From IMG/VR virus record IMGVR_UViG_3300045988_073372: a stretch of 33,152 bases of DNA. The stretch is one strand, 5' to 3'. The notes under the pieces are model-generated. The model did not search any database. It worked only from the letters and a program-made list of their open reading frames with translations, and was not told where the DNA came from. Origin of the DNA: a virus. The number at the start of each line of letters is the position of its first letter. The stretch's first letter is position 1. Of the stretch, positions 1 through 6,309 are shown piece by piece. Both the position numbers and the translations under genes were made by a program.

Positions 1-119
1 AGGTAGTTGCTGTATTCCTCATCTCGTTTTTCCACCCAGTTCCGGGGGTGTTTGCATCCTAATGCGCCATCCTTAAATTCGATCCCGTATGCTCCCTCTG
101 CTTCCGGGCAGACATCTTC
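1..119. repeat. Left copy of 119-bp terminal direct repeat (identical to 33034-33152)
   Basis: Read base by base: aggtagttgctgtattcctc...gggcagacatcttc occurs at both window ends. This is consistent with the overlap of a circular assembly. Confidence 0.95.
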
Positions 120-152
120 GGGGTCTGACAGGGGACAATATTCGCACCTCAT
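1..152 (-). CDS. 5' part of a junction-spanning gene (hypothetical Cys-rich protein, 153 aa when joined to 32724-33033)
   Basis: ATG at 152-150 overlaps the TGA of the upstream gene as ATGA. It reads MRCEYCPLSDPEDVCPEAEGAYGIEFKDGALGCKHPRNW and continues in frame, via the repeat, into the ORF ending at 32724. Confidence 0.7.
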   Translation of the reverse strand, partial: MRCEYCPLSDPEDVCPEAEGAYGIEFKDGALGCKHPRNWVEKRDEEYSNY

Positions 153-664
153 GCTGCCTCCTTTGCCTCCGCCATATCGTCACACCACCGCAAAAATGCC
201 CGGAGCAGTGGGTTTGTGTTGGCCTGATCTGCCCATCCGGCAAATCCGATAAATCCGTCCTCGTTAAAGCTGATGGCCTCACGCCGGGTAAAGTAGTGGG
301 AGTTAACATACAAAAAGCATTTTATGATCGTCCCATTGGTGCGCTTTTTCATGTTGATTTTGCTGCTCATGTGCATGGTGCTGACCGATGTTTCCCCGGC
401 TTTATTGGACTTTTTGATTTCCCGGTTTAGCAGCATCAGCAGGGCTCGGTCTGAGATACTGGCGATCATGGCCAGCTGCTCCAGCATCACATACACATCC
501 GCCAGCTCGTCCAGCACCTGCAGCTGTTCTTCACGGGGTGTCCCTATGCGAGATACCTCGGTGATAAGTTCGCCTAATTCCTCCGTCACTTTCTGGAGCT
601 GGGCCTTTTCCCCGTATACGGCGATGGCCTCGGCGTATACTCTGCGTCTCTCATCCAGCGTCAT
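149..664 (-). CDS. MazG-like nucleotide pyrophosphohydrolase fused to an unrecognised ~75-aa C-terminal domain
   Basis: ORF 149-724 trimmed to ATG 664, which overlaps the stop of the 661-912 gene as ATGA. The N-terminus has MazG-type helices (VTEELGELITEV...LDELADVYVMLEQL). The C-terminus is FNEDGFIGFAGWADQANTNPLLRAFLRWCD. Confidence 0.6.
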   Translation of the reverse strand: MTLDERRRVYAEAIAVYGEKAQLQKVTEELGELITEVSRIGTPREEQLQVLDELADVYVMLEQLAMIASISDRALLMLLNREIKKSNKAGETSVSTMHMSSKINMKKRTNGTIIKCFLYVNSHYFTRREAISFNEDGFIGFAGWADQANTNPLLRAFLRWCDDMAEAKEAA

Positions 665-912
665 TGTTGCTGCACCTCCTTGGTGTAACACCCATCGTTT
701 TTGTATTTTTCCGGTAGATCGCACTCATACTCCGGGCATTTGATCACCCGGTAGCTTTGCACCACTCTGTAGGGTGGCTGCTGCAGTGTGGTCGGCTCTG
801 CCTCCCAGCCCTCCACGGGCTCAAAATTACGGCTCCAGCTGCACTTTTTGCATGCTTTGGCGCATGACCAGCACAGTGTTGCCCTACCGTTTGACATCCC
901 TCTCCTCGTCAT
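661..912 (-). CDS. Small Cys-rich (zinc-ribbon-like) hypothetical protein
   Basis: ORF 661-951. ATG at 912 is preceded by GACGGAGGACAAGAA; the alternative ATG at 897 also has a GAGGAG RBS. Motif CWSC...CKKC...CPEYEC. Confidence 0.6.
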   Translation of the reverse strand: MTRRGMSNGRATLCWSCAKACKKCSWSRNFEPVEGWEAEPTTLQQPPYRVVQSYRVIKCPEYECDLPEKYKNDGCYTKEVQQQ

Positions 913-1014
913 TTCTTGTCCTCCGTCATGTAGCGCTTGAAATTCTCCCACGGATCTCGCTCCAGCCGCCTCGCATCCATCTCGCGTATATCGTCCTCCC
1001 TGAGTACTCCGCCT

Positions 1015-1125
1015 CTACGATGCCGTGCGCTCTTTTCCCTTTCGCTCCGCACGCACCAGCTCCCGCATGGCTTCCGCCTCAGTAGGGCGGTAAATCTCTC
1101 CGGTCGGCGTGTATCTCGTGCTCAT
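1015..1125 (-). CDS. Small hypothetical protein (36 aa, MSTRYTPTGEIYRPTEAEAMRELVRAERKGKERTAS)
   Basis: Hand-translated; it is below the ORF-track cutoff. ATG 1125 is preceded by AAGGGAG 5 nt upstream, and the ORF fills the gap after the DUF1064 gene. Confidence 0.35.
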   Translation of the reverse strand: MSTRYTPTGEIYRPTEAEAMRELVRAERKGKERTAS

Positions 1126-1141
1126 AGCAGCTCCCTTATTG

Positions 1142-1462
1142 TCACACTTCCTTGATGGAAATACTGTGCACCCAGCGCATAAGCTTGCGCTTTATGATAT
1201 ACGCTGGTGTTTTCATGCCCTTGGTGTCTTCCACGACGGTTTTTCCGTCCTCGCCGGTGTACACAAAATCGGCGATGTACTTCACCGCACGTTCCACCAC
1301 GTTCCCGTTTTCGTCCCTTTGCGCCGGGAGAAGGAAAAACGGAACCTGCAATCTGAGGTCGGCGATCTTCCCGGCCAGCTCCAAAAGTCGCAGCTCCTGA
1401 TACCGCCTCGCCTCTTTGAGGCTGTCGAACTTGATCCCATCCACCTGGCATTTTTTTGCCAT
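1142..1462 (-). CDS. DUF1064-family protein (PD-(D/E)XK-like, putative Holliday-junction resolvase/nuclease)
   Basis: MAKKCQVDGIKFDSLKEARRYQELRLLELAGKI...YIADFVY...VEDTKG matches the DUF1064 pattern as I recall it. ORF 1142-1504 trimmed to ATG 1462, just after the upstream stop. Confidence 0.65.
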   Translation of the reverse strand: MAKKCQVDGIKFDSLKEARRYQELRLLELAGKIADLRLQVPFFLLPAQRDENGNVVERAVKYIADFVYTGEDGKTVVEDTKGMKTPAYIIKRKLMRWVHSISIKEV

Positions 1463-1466
1463 GTAC

Positions 1467-2357
1467 TTACTCACGCCCTGATCTCCTTTCTCTCGTCTTG
1501 GCAAGCTCGGCCTCCCATCCTGCGCCGTCTTGATCCAGATCTACAACCGTTCCTGTATCCTCGAGCGTTTTGTGCGCCGTTCGCTCATGATATCCGTGGT
1601 ATGCCATCCCCGGCCCTGTATCCGGTGGAATGTCGTCCTCCCAACGTCTCCCGTTGAGAAACGTAGCCGGATACGGAACAAACTGCCCGCCATCTTTGAT
1701 CCAGTCCTGCGACCTTTTGTGGTCTCTCACATGAGCGAGGATCCTTTCGACCAGCTCCGGCGAAGGGTTAAGCTTTTGCCATGCTTTCAGGGCGGCTGCT
1801 TTTGCGGCCTTACGTGGGTATTCCTGCCAAAACAAGGCGAATCCATCCATATCCGTACTTTTTTTCCTTCCGCTCCCCCGGAGGGGGGATGTAGGGGGGG
1901 TAGAATATATATCGACATCTACATCCTTATCCCCATCTACATCTTCATCATAGATTTTATCAGGTTCGGTTTTGGTTACCTCTTGGTTATGGTTTGGTTC
2001 CGGTTTGGTTTCGCTTTGGTTTTCAACGGGTTTATCTTCGGTTTCGACCGGGTTTTCCTTTGCTTCCGTCTCAGATTCCGCTTTTTCATTCTCCGGTTCC
2101 GGCTTGGATGCCTCTTGGTTATCCGTGCTTGCAGGCCGTCCACCATTCCTGCCGTTCTCCCGCCGCTTTGCGTTAGTATCCAGCACGGGGCGCACGAGCT
2201 TAAACATGGCGGCAGCTACAGGGTTGCCCTCGTCTGGCTCCTCACCGTAAAGGGAGTAATCCATAATGGCCTCATACAGTGCAAGGCGCGTAGCATCGTC
2301 AAGATTCCGGCTCGCATCCCGGAAGGATTCATAAAATACAAACGACGTGGCTTTCAT
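1467..2357 (-). CDS. Phage replisome organizer / replication initiation protein
   Basis: Start ATG 2357 with AGGAGG RBS directly after the ssb stop. The N-terminus MKATSFVFYESFRDA...LALYEAIMDYSLYGEEP is replisome-organizer N-domain-like. The linker is acidic and disordered. The C-terminus is FALFWQEYPRK...FLNGRRWEDD. Confidence 0.7.
   Translation of the reverse strand: MKATSFVFYESFRDASRNLDDATRLALYEAIMDYSLYGEEPDEGNPVAAAMFKLVRPVLDTNAKRRENGRNGGRPASTDNQEASKPEPENEKAESETEAKENPVETEDKPVENQSETKPEPNHNQEVTKTEPDKIYDEDVDGDKDVDVDIYSTPPTSPLRGSGRKKSTDMDGFALFWQEYPRKAAKAAALKAWQKLNPSPELVERILAHVRDHKRSQDWIKDGGQFVPYPATFLNGRRWEDDIPPDTGPGMAYHGYHERTAHKTLEDTGTVVDLDQDGAGWEAELAKTRERRSGRE
1963..2120. repeat. Phased iteron-like array (GGTT / TTGGTT cores at exact 11-bp spacing), putative origin of replication
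   Basis: GGTT starts at 1963, 1974, 1985, 1996, 2007, 2018, 2029, 2040 and 2051, and again in phase at 2095 and 2117. Five of these are full TTGGTT, and GGTTTGGTT occurs twice. The 11-bp period is not a multiple of 3. Confidence 0.6.
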
Positions 2358-2371
2358 CGGGCTCCTCCTGC

Positions 2372-2770
2372 TTAAAATGGGATATCGTCGGACGACATAT
2401 CGGGCCAGTTTGCCGGGTCCTTGCTTTCTTCTGCCTTTGTGGTTTCGCCGCTCCCCTTCGGGGGCAAGAACTCGATCTCGTCGGCCAGCACGTCCAATGA
2501 GAGGCGTGTGGTGCCGTCCTTGGCCGTATAGGTACGGGCCTGCAGCTCGCCTATGACCGCCGCCTTTTTGCCCTTGCTCAGATACCTGGCACAGGCATCC
2601 CCCATCTGCCGCCAGGCGTTGATGCGGAAGAAGTCGGTCTGCTTCTCCCCGCTCTGGGACGAGAACCGGCGATTCACGGCAATGGTGAAGCTGCACACCG
2701 TCACTCCATTGGGTGTGGAACGGGTCTCGGGATCGTGGGTCAGGTTGCCTATAAGTGTGATCCTCTGCAT
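2372..2770 (-). CDS. ssb: Single-stranded DNA-binding protein
   Basis: MQRITLIGNLTHDPETR...FFRINAWRQ OB-fold pattern and the acidic C-terminal tip DDIPF. AAGGAGG RBS. Confidence 0.95.
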   Translation of the reverse strand: MQRITLIGNLTHDPETRSTPNGVTVCSFTIAVNRRFSSQSGEKQTDFFRINAWRQMGDACARYLSKGKKAAVIGELQARTYTAKDGTTRLSLDVLADEIEFLPPKGSGETTKAEESKDPANWPDMSSDDIPF

Positions 2771-2779
2771 ATATCCTCC

Positions 2780-3058
2780 TTACAGATAGTTCCGGCCAAA
2801 GATGGCCACAAAATCAAGATCCGGGTGGGCGGCCTCAAAAGCTGCCTGTCCCCGTCTTTGGAGCATTCGGCGCAGCTCCAAATTGTAATGCACTCCATAC
2901 GGAGGCTCGTTGTGCTCATAGTGGGTGAGCCAGACCCATAAACCATATTTTTCTGACAGCTTCCGGTTTGCCCCGCCGAAGATGTGGTGCTTTTCCAGCC
3001 ACCGGGTATCCCCGGACAGGTAACTCCGTTTTTCCGTTTGCAGGATGCTTTTCATCAT
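2780..3058 (-). CDS. HNHc-like small phage protein with the usual cysteine ligands substituted
   Basis: LEKHHIFGGANRKLSEKYGLWVWLTHYEHNEPPYGVH...FGRNYL. ATG 3058 overlaps the upstream TGA as ATGA. Confidence 0.5.
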   Translation of the reverse strand: MMKSILQTEKRSYLSGDTRWLEKHHIFGGANRKLSEKYGLWVWLTHYEHNEPPYGVHYNLELRRMLQRRGQAAFEAAHPDLDFVAIFGRNYL

Positions 3059-3603
3059 ACCCTACGGAGAGGTATTCCCAGATTGCGGGCTTCCGCCTCG
3101 GCGCTTTCGATCAGCCGAGACATTTGCGATGCATCATATGCACTGCATCCGTAGTAGTTGATGGTGTCTACATACCCGTCAAACTCTCCCGCTTCCTCCA
3201 CGATCCAGCCGGAGCCGTTGCTTTCCCACTGCCGCCGCCAGCTTTCCAGCGCATCTTTGCGGACGCTCCTTTGTATGCTGTTGCCGCCGATGTCCCGCAC
3301 CACCTGCTTGTATACCTCTCTCTTGGGCTGCCGGGTGGATTGGGTGATCTTGTCGATCAATGCCCAAAAGTACGCCATGGCGGTGGGGCTTTTTCCGTTT
3401 GTCCACTTGCCTACGGATACGGATACATATCCGGTGCGCAGATCGTCCACAAGGGCCCGGGCTTCCGCCAGGCTGTCCGCGTCCACCTCTACGGATAACA
3501 CTGTGCCCCGCCCGTACTCGTGGGTAAGGCGGGGATTGAGAGCCTTGATCTTATACACTGTAGTCACCTCTGCGGGTTCTTCCGGTTTCCGGTCTGCGGG
3601 CAT
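3055..3603 (-). CDS. NinB/Orf-like recombination-associated protein (tentative)
   Basis: The pattern AMAYFWALIDKI...YKQVV...WESNGSGWIVEE...YYGCSAYDASQMSRLIESAEAEARNLGIPL parallels lambda NinB. An alternative GTG start at 3558 has a GAGGTG RBS and would remove the 53-nt overlap with the upstream gene. Confidence 0.45.
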   Translation of the reverse strand: MPADRKPEEPAEVTTVYKIKALNPRLTHEYGRGTVLSVEVDADSLAEARALVDDLRTGYVSVSVGKWTNGKSPTAMAYFWALIDKITQSTRQPKREVYKQVVRDIGGNSIQRSVRKDALESWRRQWESNGSGWIVEEAGEFDGYVDTINYYGCSAYDASQMSRLIESAEAEARNLGIPLRRV

Positions 3604-3811
3604 GGCTTCCGATTGTCGGCTCGTTGTATCTGGTGGCCTCCTCTATGGTCAGCTGCACGCCATCAATGGAGATCCTCGGCAATGCGCCGGTATAGCACAG
3701 ACGGGAGTAGACGCGCACGGCCTTTGCCTTATCGGTGGTGGTCAGGTAGGTATGTCGATGGCCGCAGTTGATGATATACACCTCATAGGTTTTAATCTTC
3801 TTCTTCGCCAT
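3551..3811 (-). CDS. Hypothetical early protein (86 aa)
   Basis: ORF 3551-3904 trimmed to ATG 3811 with a GGAGGG RBS. Starts MAKKKIKTYEVYIINCGHRH. Confidence 0.55.
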   Translation of the reverse strand: MAKKKIKTYEVYIINCGHRHTYLTTTDKAKAVRVYSRLCYTGALPRISIDGVQLTIEEATRYNEPTIGSHARRPETGRTRRGDYSV

Positions 3812-4163
3812 CTCGTCCCTCCAGATACTTACTGATAATGTACACAAGCCCGTCCTGCGTGGTTTTAAATCCATCGGCCTGCAAAGCCCGTTGCAACTGC
3901 CCATACATCCGTTTTCCCACTCTGCAGTAGAGGCGGCACGGGTTCTTCCTTCGGTCTGGTTTCCGGGATTCTGGCGCGGTCGGCGGGAATGCCTCCGCGA
4001 GGTTCTGCTCGATCTCGTTCAAAAGGCGGATCCCGTACTTTTCCGGGTGCTCGCACTTGCTCAGGAGATACCGGTCAAAGCGGGGTGCATCCTCCTGCAC
4101 CACTTCCACGATTTCCCGGGGAGAGAGCTTCCGGCTCTCCCGGAATTCTTTCATCTGGATCAT
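3792..4163 (-). CDS. Putative DNA-binding early protein
   Basis: ATG 4163 with AGGAGG RBS and an ATGA overlap with the upstream stop. N-terminal HTH-like segment KEFRESRKLSPREIVEVV. Confidence 0.5.
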   Translation of the reverse strand: MIQMKEFRESRKLSPREIVEVVQEDAPRFDRYLLSKCEHPEKYGIRLLNEIEQNLAEAFPPTAPESRKPDRRKNPCRLYCRVGKRMYGQLQRALQADGFKTTQDGLVYIISKYLEGRDGEEED

Positions 4164-4495
4164 CTTCCCTCCTTGCACGCTGCCGCCAGCAGTGTATTCA
4201 GGCGCTTGTTGTCCTTTTCCAGCTTGGCAATAAGTTCATCACGCTGGGCGATCTCAAATTCCAGATCGGTGATGGTCTGGCACTTCAGACCATTCATTCC
4301 GGCTTTGGTGGCCATGGCCTGATACTTGGCCCGCTCGATCTGTGCCTGCCGCATCTCCCTGCGGTCGGTCAGCTTGGTGTAGATCAGCCATGCCGCCAGC
4401 AATCCCAGGAGGATCACCAGCACAATGCCCAGCCGGTTAGCCGTTACGGCCTCGGCAATCTCTAACTCTGTACGCTCAATAACATCCGTAACCAT
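4160..4495 (-). CDS. Membrane-anchored coiled-coil protein (hypothetical)
   Basis: ATG 4495 preceded by AGGAGG. One TM segment (LGIVLVILLGLLAAWLIY) followed by a heptad-like helix. Confidence 0.6.
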   Translation of the reverse strand: MVTDVIERTELEIAEAVTANRLGIVLVILLGLLAAWLIYTKLTDRREMRQAQIERAKYQAMATKAGMNGLKCQTITDLEFEIAQRDELIAKLEKDNKRLNTLLAAACKEGR

Positions 4496-4510
4496 AAAAT
4501 CCTCCTGCAT

Positions 4511-4643
4511 GACCCCATAGGGGGACGGGCTTGGAGCGCTTACACCGGAAGGAGGTAAACCGGATCAATGCGGCACTTCCCCGGGGAGAAAGCTGTCAAA
4601 GTACCCGGGAGGGGCCGAGCGTAGCCCGCCCTCCTATGGGGTC
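4511..4643 (-). other. Structured intergenic element: 20-bp closing stem (18/20) around a ~93-nt GC-rich interior
   Basis: GACCCCATAGGGGGACGGGC (4511-4530) pairs with GCCCGCCCTCCTATGGGGTC (4624-4643). The interior contains CCGG-N11-CCGG, whose loop on the - sense reads UUUACCUCCUU (anti-SD-like). The element abuts the RBS of the 4160-4495 gene. Confidence 0.45.
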
Positions 4644-4651
4644 ACAAAAAC

Positions 4652-4942
4652 TCACATGATGGCAATAAGCTTAACGATGTGGTCTAACAGTTCCCGCTTT
4701 TCGTCCAGTTTGTTGTCGTATTCCTCCGGGAGGTCGATGCCGTTCCGGGGGAAGTATGCCGCCAGGGCACTGTCCGGCTCGTGGATCAGGGACAGGATGG
4801 TGTACATCTCATCCGTCCGCCAGGGGATCCTGCCCACCATCCGGGCGCTGAGGCATTGAGGGGTCATATTCAGCCTACGGGCCAGATACGCCCCATCCAT
4901 GTCCATTTCCCGGAGCTTCAGCCTTAACTTGCGGTGCAGCAT
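4652..4942 (-). CDS. HTH transcriptional regulator (Cro/Aca-like, phage-type XRE)
   Basis: MDMDGAYLARRLNMTPQCLSARMVGRIPWRTDEMYTILSLI is an HTH pattern. GGAGGAGG RBS. Confidence 0.65.
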   Translation of the reverse strand: MLHRKLRLKLREMDMDGAYLARRLNMTPQCLSARMVGRIPWRTDEMYTILSLIHEPDSALAAYFPRNGIDLPEEYDNKLDEKRELLDHIVKLIAIM

Positions 4943-5079
4943 TATGCCTCCTCCTTTTTCAGGCTTGCGGCGGCTACAATGCCCTCCGCAAAGCCCATTA
5001 CACGCTCCTGCTTGTCTTCGGGGAGCTTGTCCAGCAGTTTCTTGATGCTTTCGCCCAGCTGCTTCTCTTTTTCGCTCAT
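4942..5079 (-). CDS. Small hypothetical protein (45 aa)
   Basis: ATG 5079 preceded by AAAGGAGGAG. Starts MSEKEKQLGESIKKLLDKLPEDKQERV. Confidence 0.5.
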   Translation of the reverse strand: MSEKEKQLGESIKKLLDKLPEDKQERVMGFAEGIVAAASLKKEEA

Positions 5080-5095
5080 GCGCTCCTCCTTTCCG

Positions 5096-5380
5096 TCAAT
5101 ATGCGGACATCCGCAAAAGTAACGCGGCAAACCCTTCTGCCTCTCCATCCGTAGCCAGGGGGAATGCCTCAAAGATAAGCTCCGTCTGTTTGCGCAGGAT
5201 ATCCATGGATCCCTCCGAGATGGAGCCGGTCAGCTGTTCTTCTGCCGCCAGCAGGTCAAGGAGGCCACGGGTCATGCTTAACAGGTCGCCCCGCTCTGCG
5301 GGATTGGTCAGGATAAGGTTTTTGCTGTTGATGTGGATACGCTCTGCTGCCTTTTGCAGCCCGGATACAAATTTGCTCAT
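5096..5380 (-). CDS. Hypothetical early protein (94 aa)
   Basis: ATG 5380 with a GGAGGT RBS. Confidence 0.6.
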   Translation of the reverse strand: MSKFVSGLQKAAERIHINSKNLILTNPAERGDLLSMTRGLLDLLAAEEQLTGSISEGSMDILRKQTELIFEAFPLATDGEAEGFAALLLRMSAY

Positions 5381-5479
5381 ATATTTACCTCCATCAAGAT
5401 CAAGATAGATGATTATAAGCGCGGACGTTTTGTTTTCCCGGCCAGAATGCTAAAAAAGTGCGTGAGCTGGCGCGGGAAA

Positions 5480-5668
5480 TCATCGAGAGGGAAGCCATGG
5501 ACGATCATCGCGAGAAACATCCGCTCGGCGATAAAGGAACTCGCTGATGTGCAGCATGGTTTCCGCCGCTCCGGCAAGGCTGGCCAGATCGGCCGCGCCG
5601 GTGGCGGACTTGTCTGCAAGGATTTTAAGCTGCTTTTCCAGCGCCTGGTTGATTTCCTGCCTTGTCAT
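5480..5668 (-). CDS. First early-operon gene (62 aa as written; possibly continues by +1 shift to 5413)
   Basis: ATG 5668 with a GGAGGT RBS, about 27 nt downstream of the predicted early TSS. The last ~17 codons look non-protein-like, while the +1 frame (ending 5413) looks protein-like. Confidence 0.55.
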   Translation of the reverse strand: MTRQEINQALEKQLKILADKSATGAADLASLAGAAETMLHISEFLYRRADVSRDDRPWLPSR

Positions 5669-5701
5669 TGCTCGGTTACCTCCGTTTATTAGCTTGGCTA
5701 T

Positions 5702-5730
5702 ATTATAGCATTGCTCCGCTATATCGTCAA
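5702..5730 (-). promoter_or_regulatory. Early (lytic-side) sigma-A-type promoter TTGACG-17-TATAAT with palindrome GCTATA-T-TATAGC over the -10
   Basis: On the - strand the -35 is at 5730-5725 and the -10 at 5707-5702. The 13-bp palindrome is at 5697-5709. Confidence 0.7.
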
Positions 5731-5761
5731 GTGTTTATTCTTCGCTCAGCTAACTTTTTTA

Positions 5762-5790
5762 TTGACGCGCGAACAGGGTTGATGTATAAT
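5762..5790 (+). promoter_or_regulatory. Repressor-1 promoter TTGACG-17-TATAAT
   Basis: -35 at 5762-5767 and -10 at 5785-5790, back to back with the - strand promoter. Confidence 0.7.
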
Positions 5791-5820
5791 AAAAACAGAA
5801 AAAAGGAGAACAAAAACAAC

Positions 5821-6192
5821 ATGGAGAAAATCAACGAAAGAGTTTGTGAGCTCATAACGGCGAAGCAGATAAAGAAAACGCAGTTTGCCAAGGAGCTGGG
5901 CATATCCCAGCCGTATGTATCCGAACTTTGTAAGGGGACAAAATCCCCCAGCGATAGAACCATCCGGGATATCTGCCGCCTGTACGATGTCAATGAGACA
6001 TGGCTTCGCACCGGTGAGGGGCAGATGTTTGTGGCCAAATCCAGGGAACAGGAAATCGGGGAATTCTTTGCCGATGTAGTCAAAGACCAGGGATTCAAAA
6101 AGAACTTTGTGAATATGCTGGCCAGAATGACAGCGGAAGAATGGTCCCTGATGGAACGCAAAATGCGGGAAGTTTTGGAAGAAGCACCGTAA
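5821..6192 (+). CDS. XRE-family HTH repressor, paralog 1 (CI-like)
   Basis: The HTH is QFAKELGISQPYVSELCKG. Shared block NETWLRTGEGQMF...MTAEEWSLMER. ATG 5821 lies downstream of GGAG with 12-nt spacing. Confidence 0.8.
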   Translation: MEKINERVCELITAKQIKKTQFAKELGISQPYVSELCKGTKSPSDRTIRDICRLYDVNETWLRTGEGQMFVAKSREQEIGEFFADVVKDQGFKKNFVNMLARMTAEEWSLMERKMREVLEEAP

Positions 6193-6250
6193 GCGGTGTG
6201 GGATTCTTGTTTTACCATTGCTTGACACTCTTTGTTTCTCGATTGCCTAT

Positions 6251-6279
6251 ATTTTAATCTAATTACCTTAGATTGTCAA
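6251..6279 (-). promoter_or_regulatory. Antisense/distal leftward promoter TTGACA-17-TAAAAT
   Basis: On the - strand the -35 is at 6279-6274 and the -10 at 6256-6251. The spacer is filled by palindrome AATCTAA-TTACC-TTAGATT. Confidence 0.55.
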
Positions 6280-6303
6280 GCGAACTTTCTAACTTGTTTA
6301 GAT
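6256..6303. promoter_or_regulatory. Two operator-like palindromes, consensus TCTAA-N5-TTAGA
   Basis: AATCTAATTACCTTAGATT at 6256-6274 and TCTAACTTGTTTAGA at 6288-6302, lying between the divergent promoters upstream of repressor 2. Confidence 0.6.
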
Positions 6304-6309
6304 AAACTC

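Noticed and set aside
909-980. 23-aa ORF (MDARRLERDPWENFKRYMTEDKK) whose stop overlaps ATG 912 as ATGA
   Set aside because: The coupling geometry is plausible, but the RBS spacing is poor (about 14 nt) and the ORF is too short to support without comparative or ribosome-profiling data.
1873-1900. C/G homopolymers (C5, G6, G7) in the organizer gene considered as frameshift or phase-variation sites
   Set aside because: The reading frame is intact through them (encoding STPPTSPLRGSG), so they are noted only as a control for the methyltransferase G6 tract.
1467-2696. 409-aa ORF in the track extending the replisome-organizer gene upstream across ssb
   Set aside because: The first 113 codons are Arg/Pro/Gly-rich out-of-frame overlap with the well-supported ssb gene. 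A strong AGGAGG-ATG start at 2357 lies directly after the ssb stop.
4568-4624. 18-aa + strand ORF (MRHFPGEKAVKVPGRGRA) behind AAGGAGGT inside the structured element
   Set aside because: It is on the wrong strand relative to all surrounding transcription, the SD spacing is about 11 nt, and the SD-like sequence is better explained as the complement of the anti-SD-like loop on the - sense.
5782-5820. Upstream in-frame ATG (5782) for repressor 1, as in the track ORF 5662-6192
   Set aside because: That ATG lies inside the -10 region of the predicted promoter and so would not be on the transcript. ATG 5821 follows the RBS.
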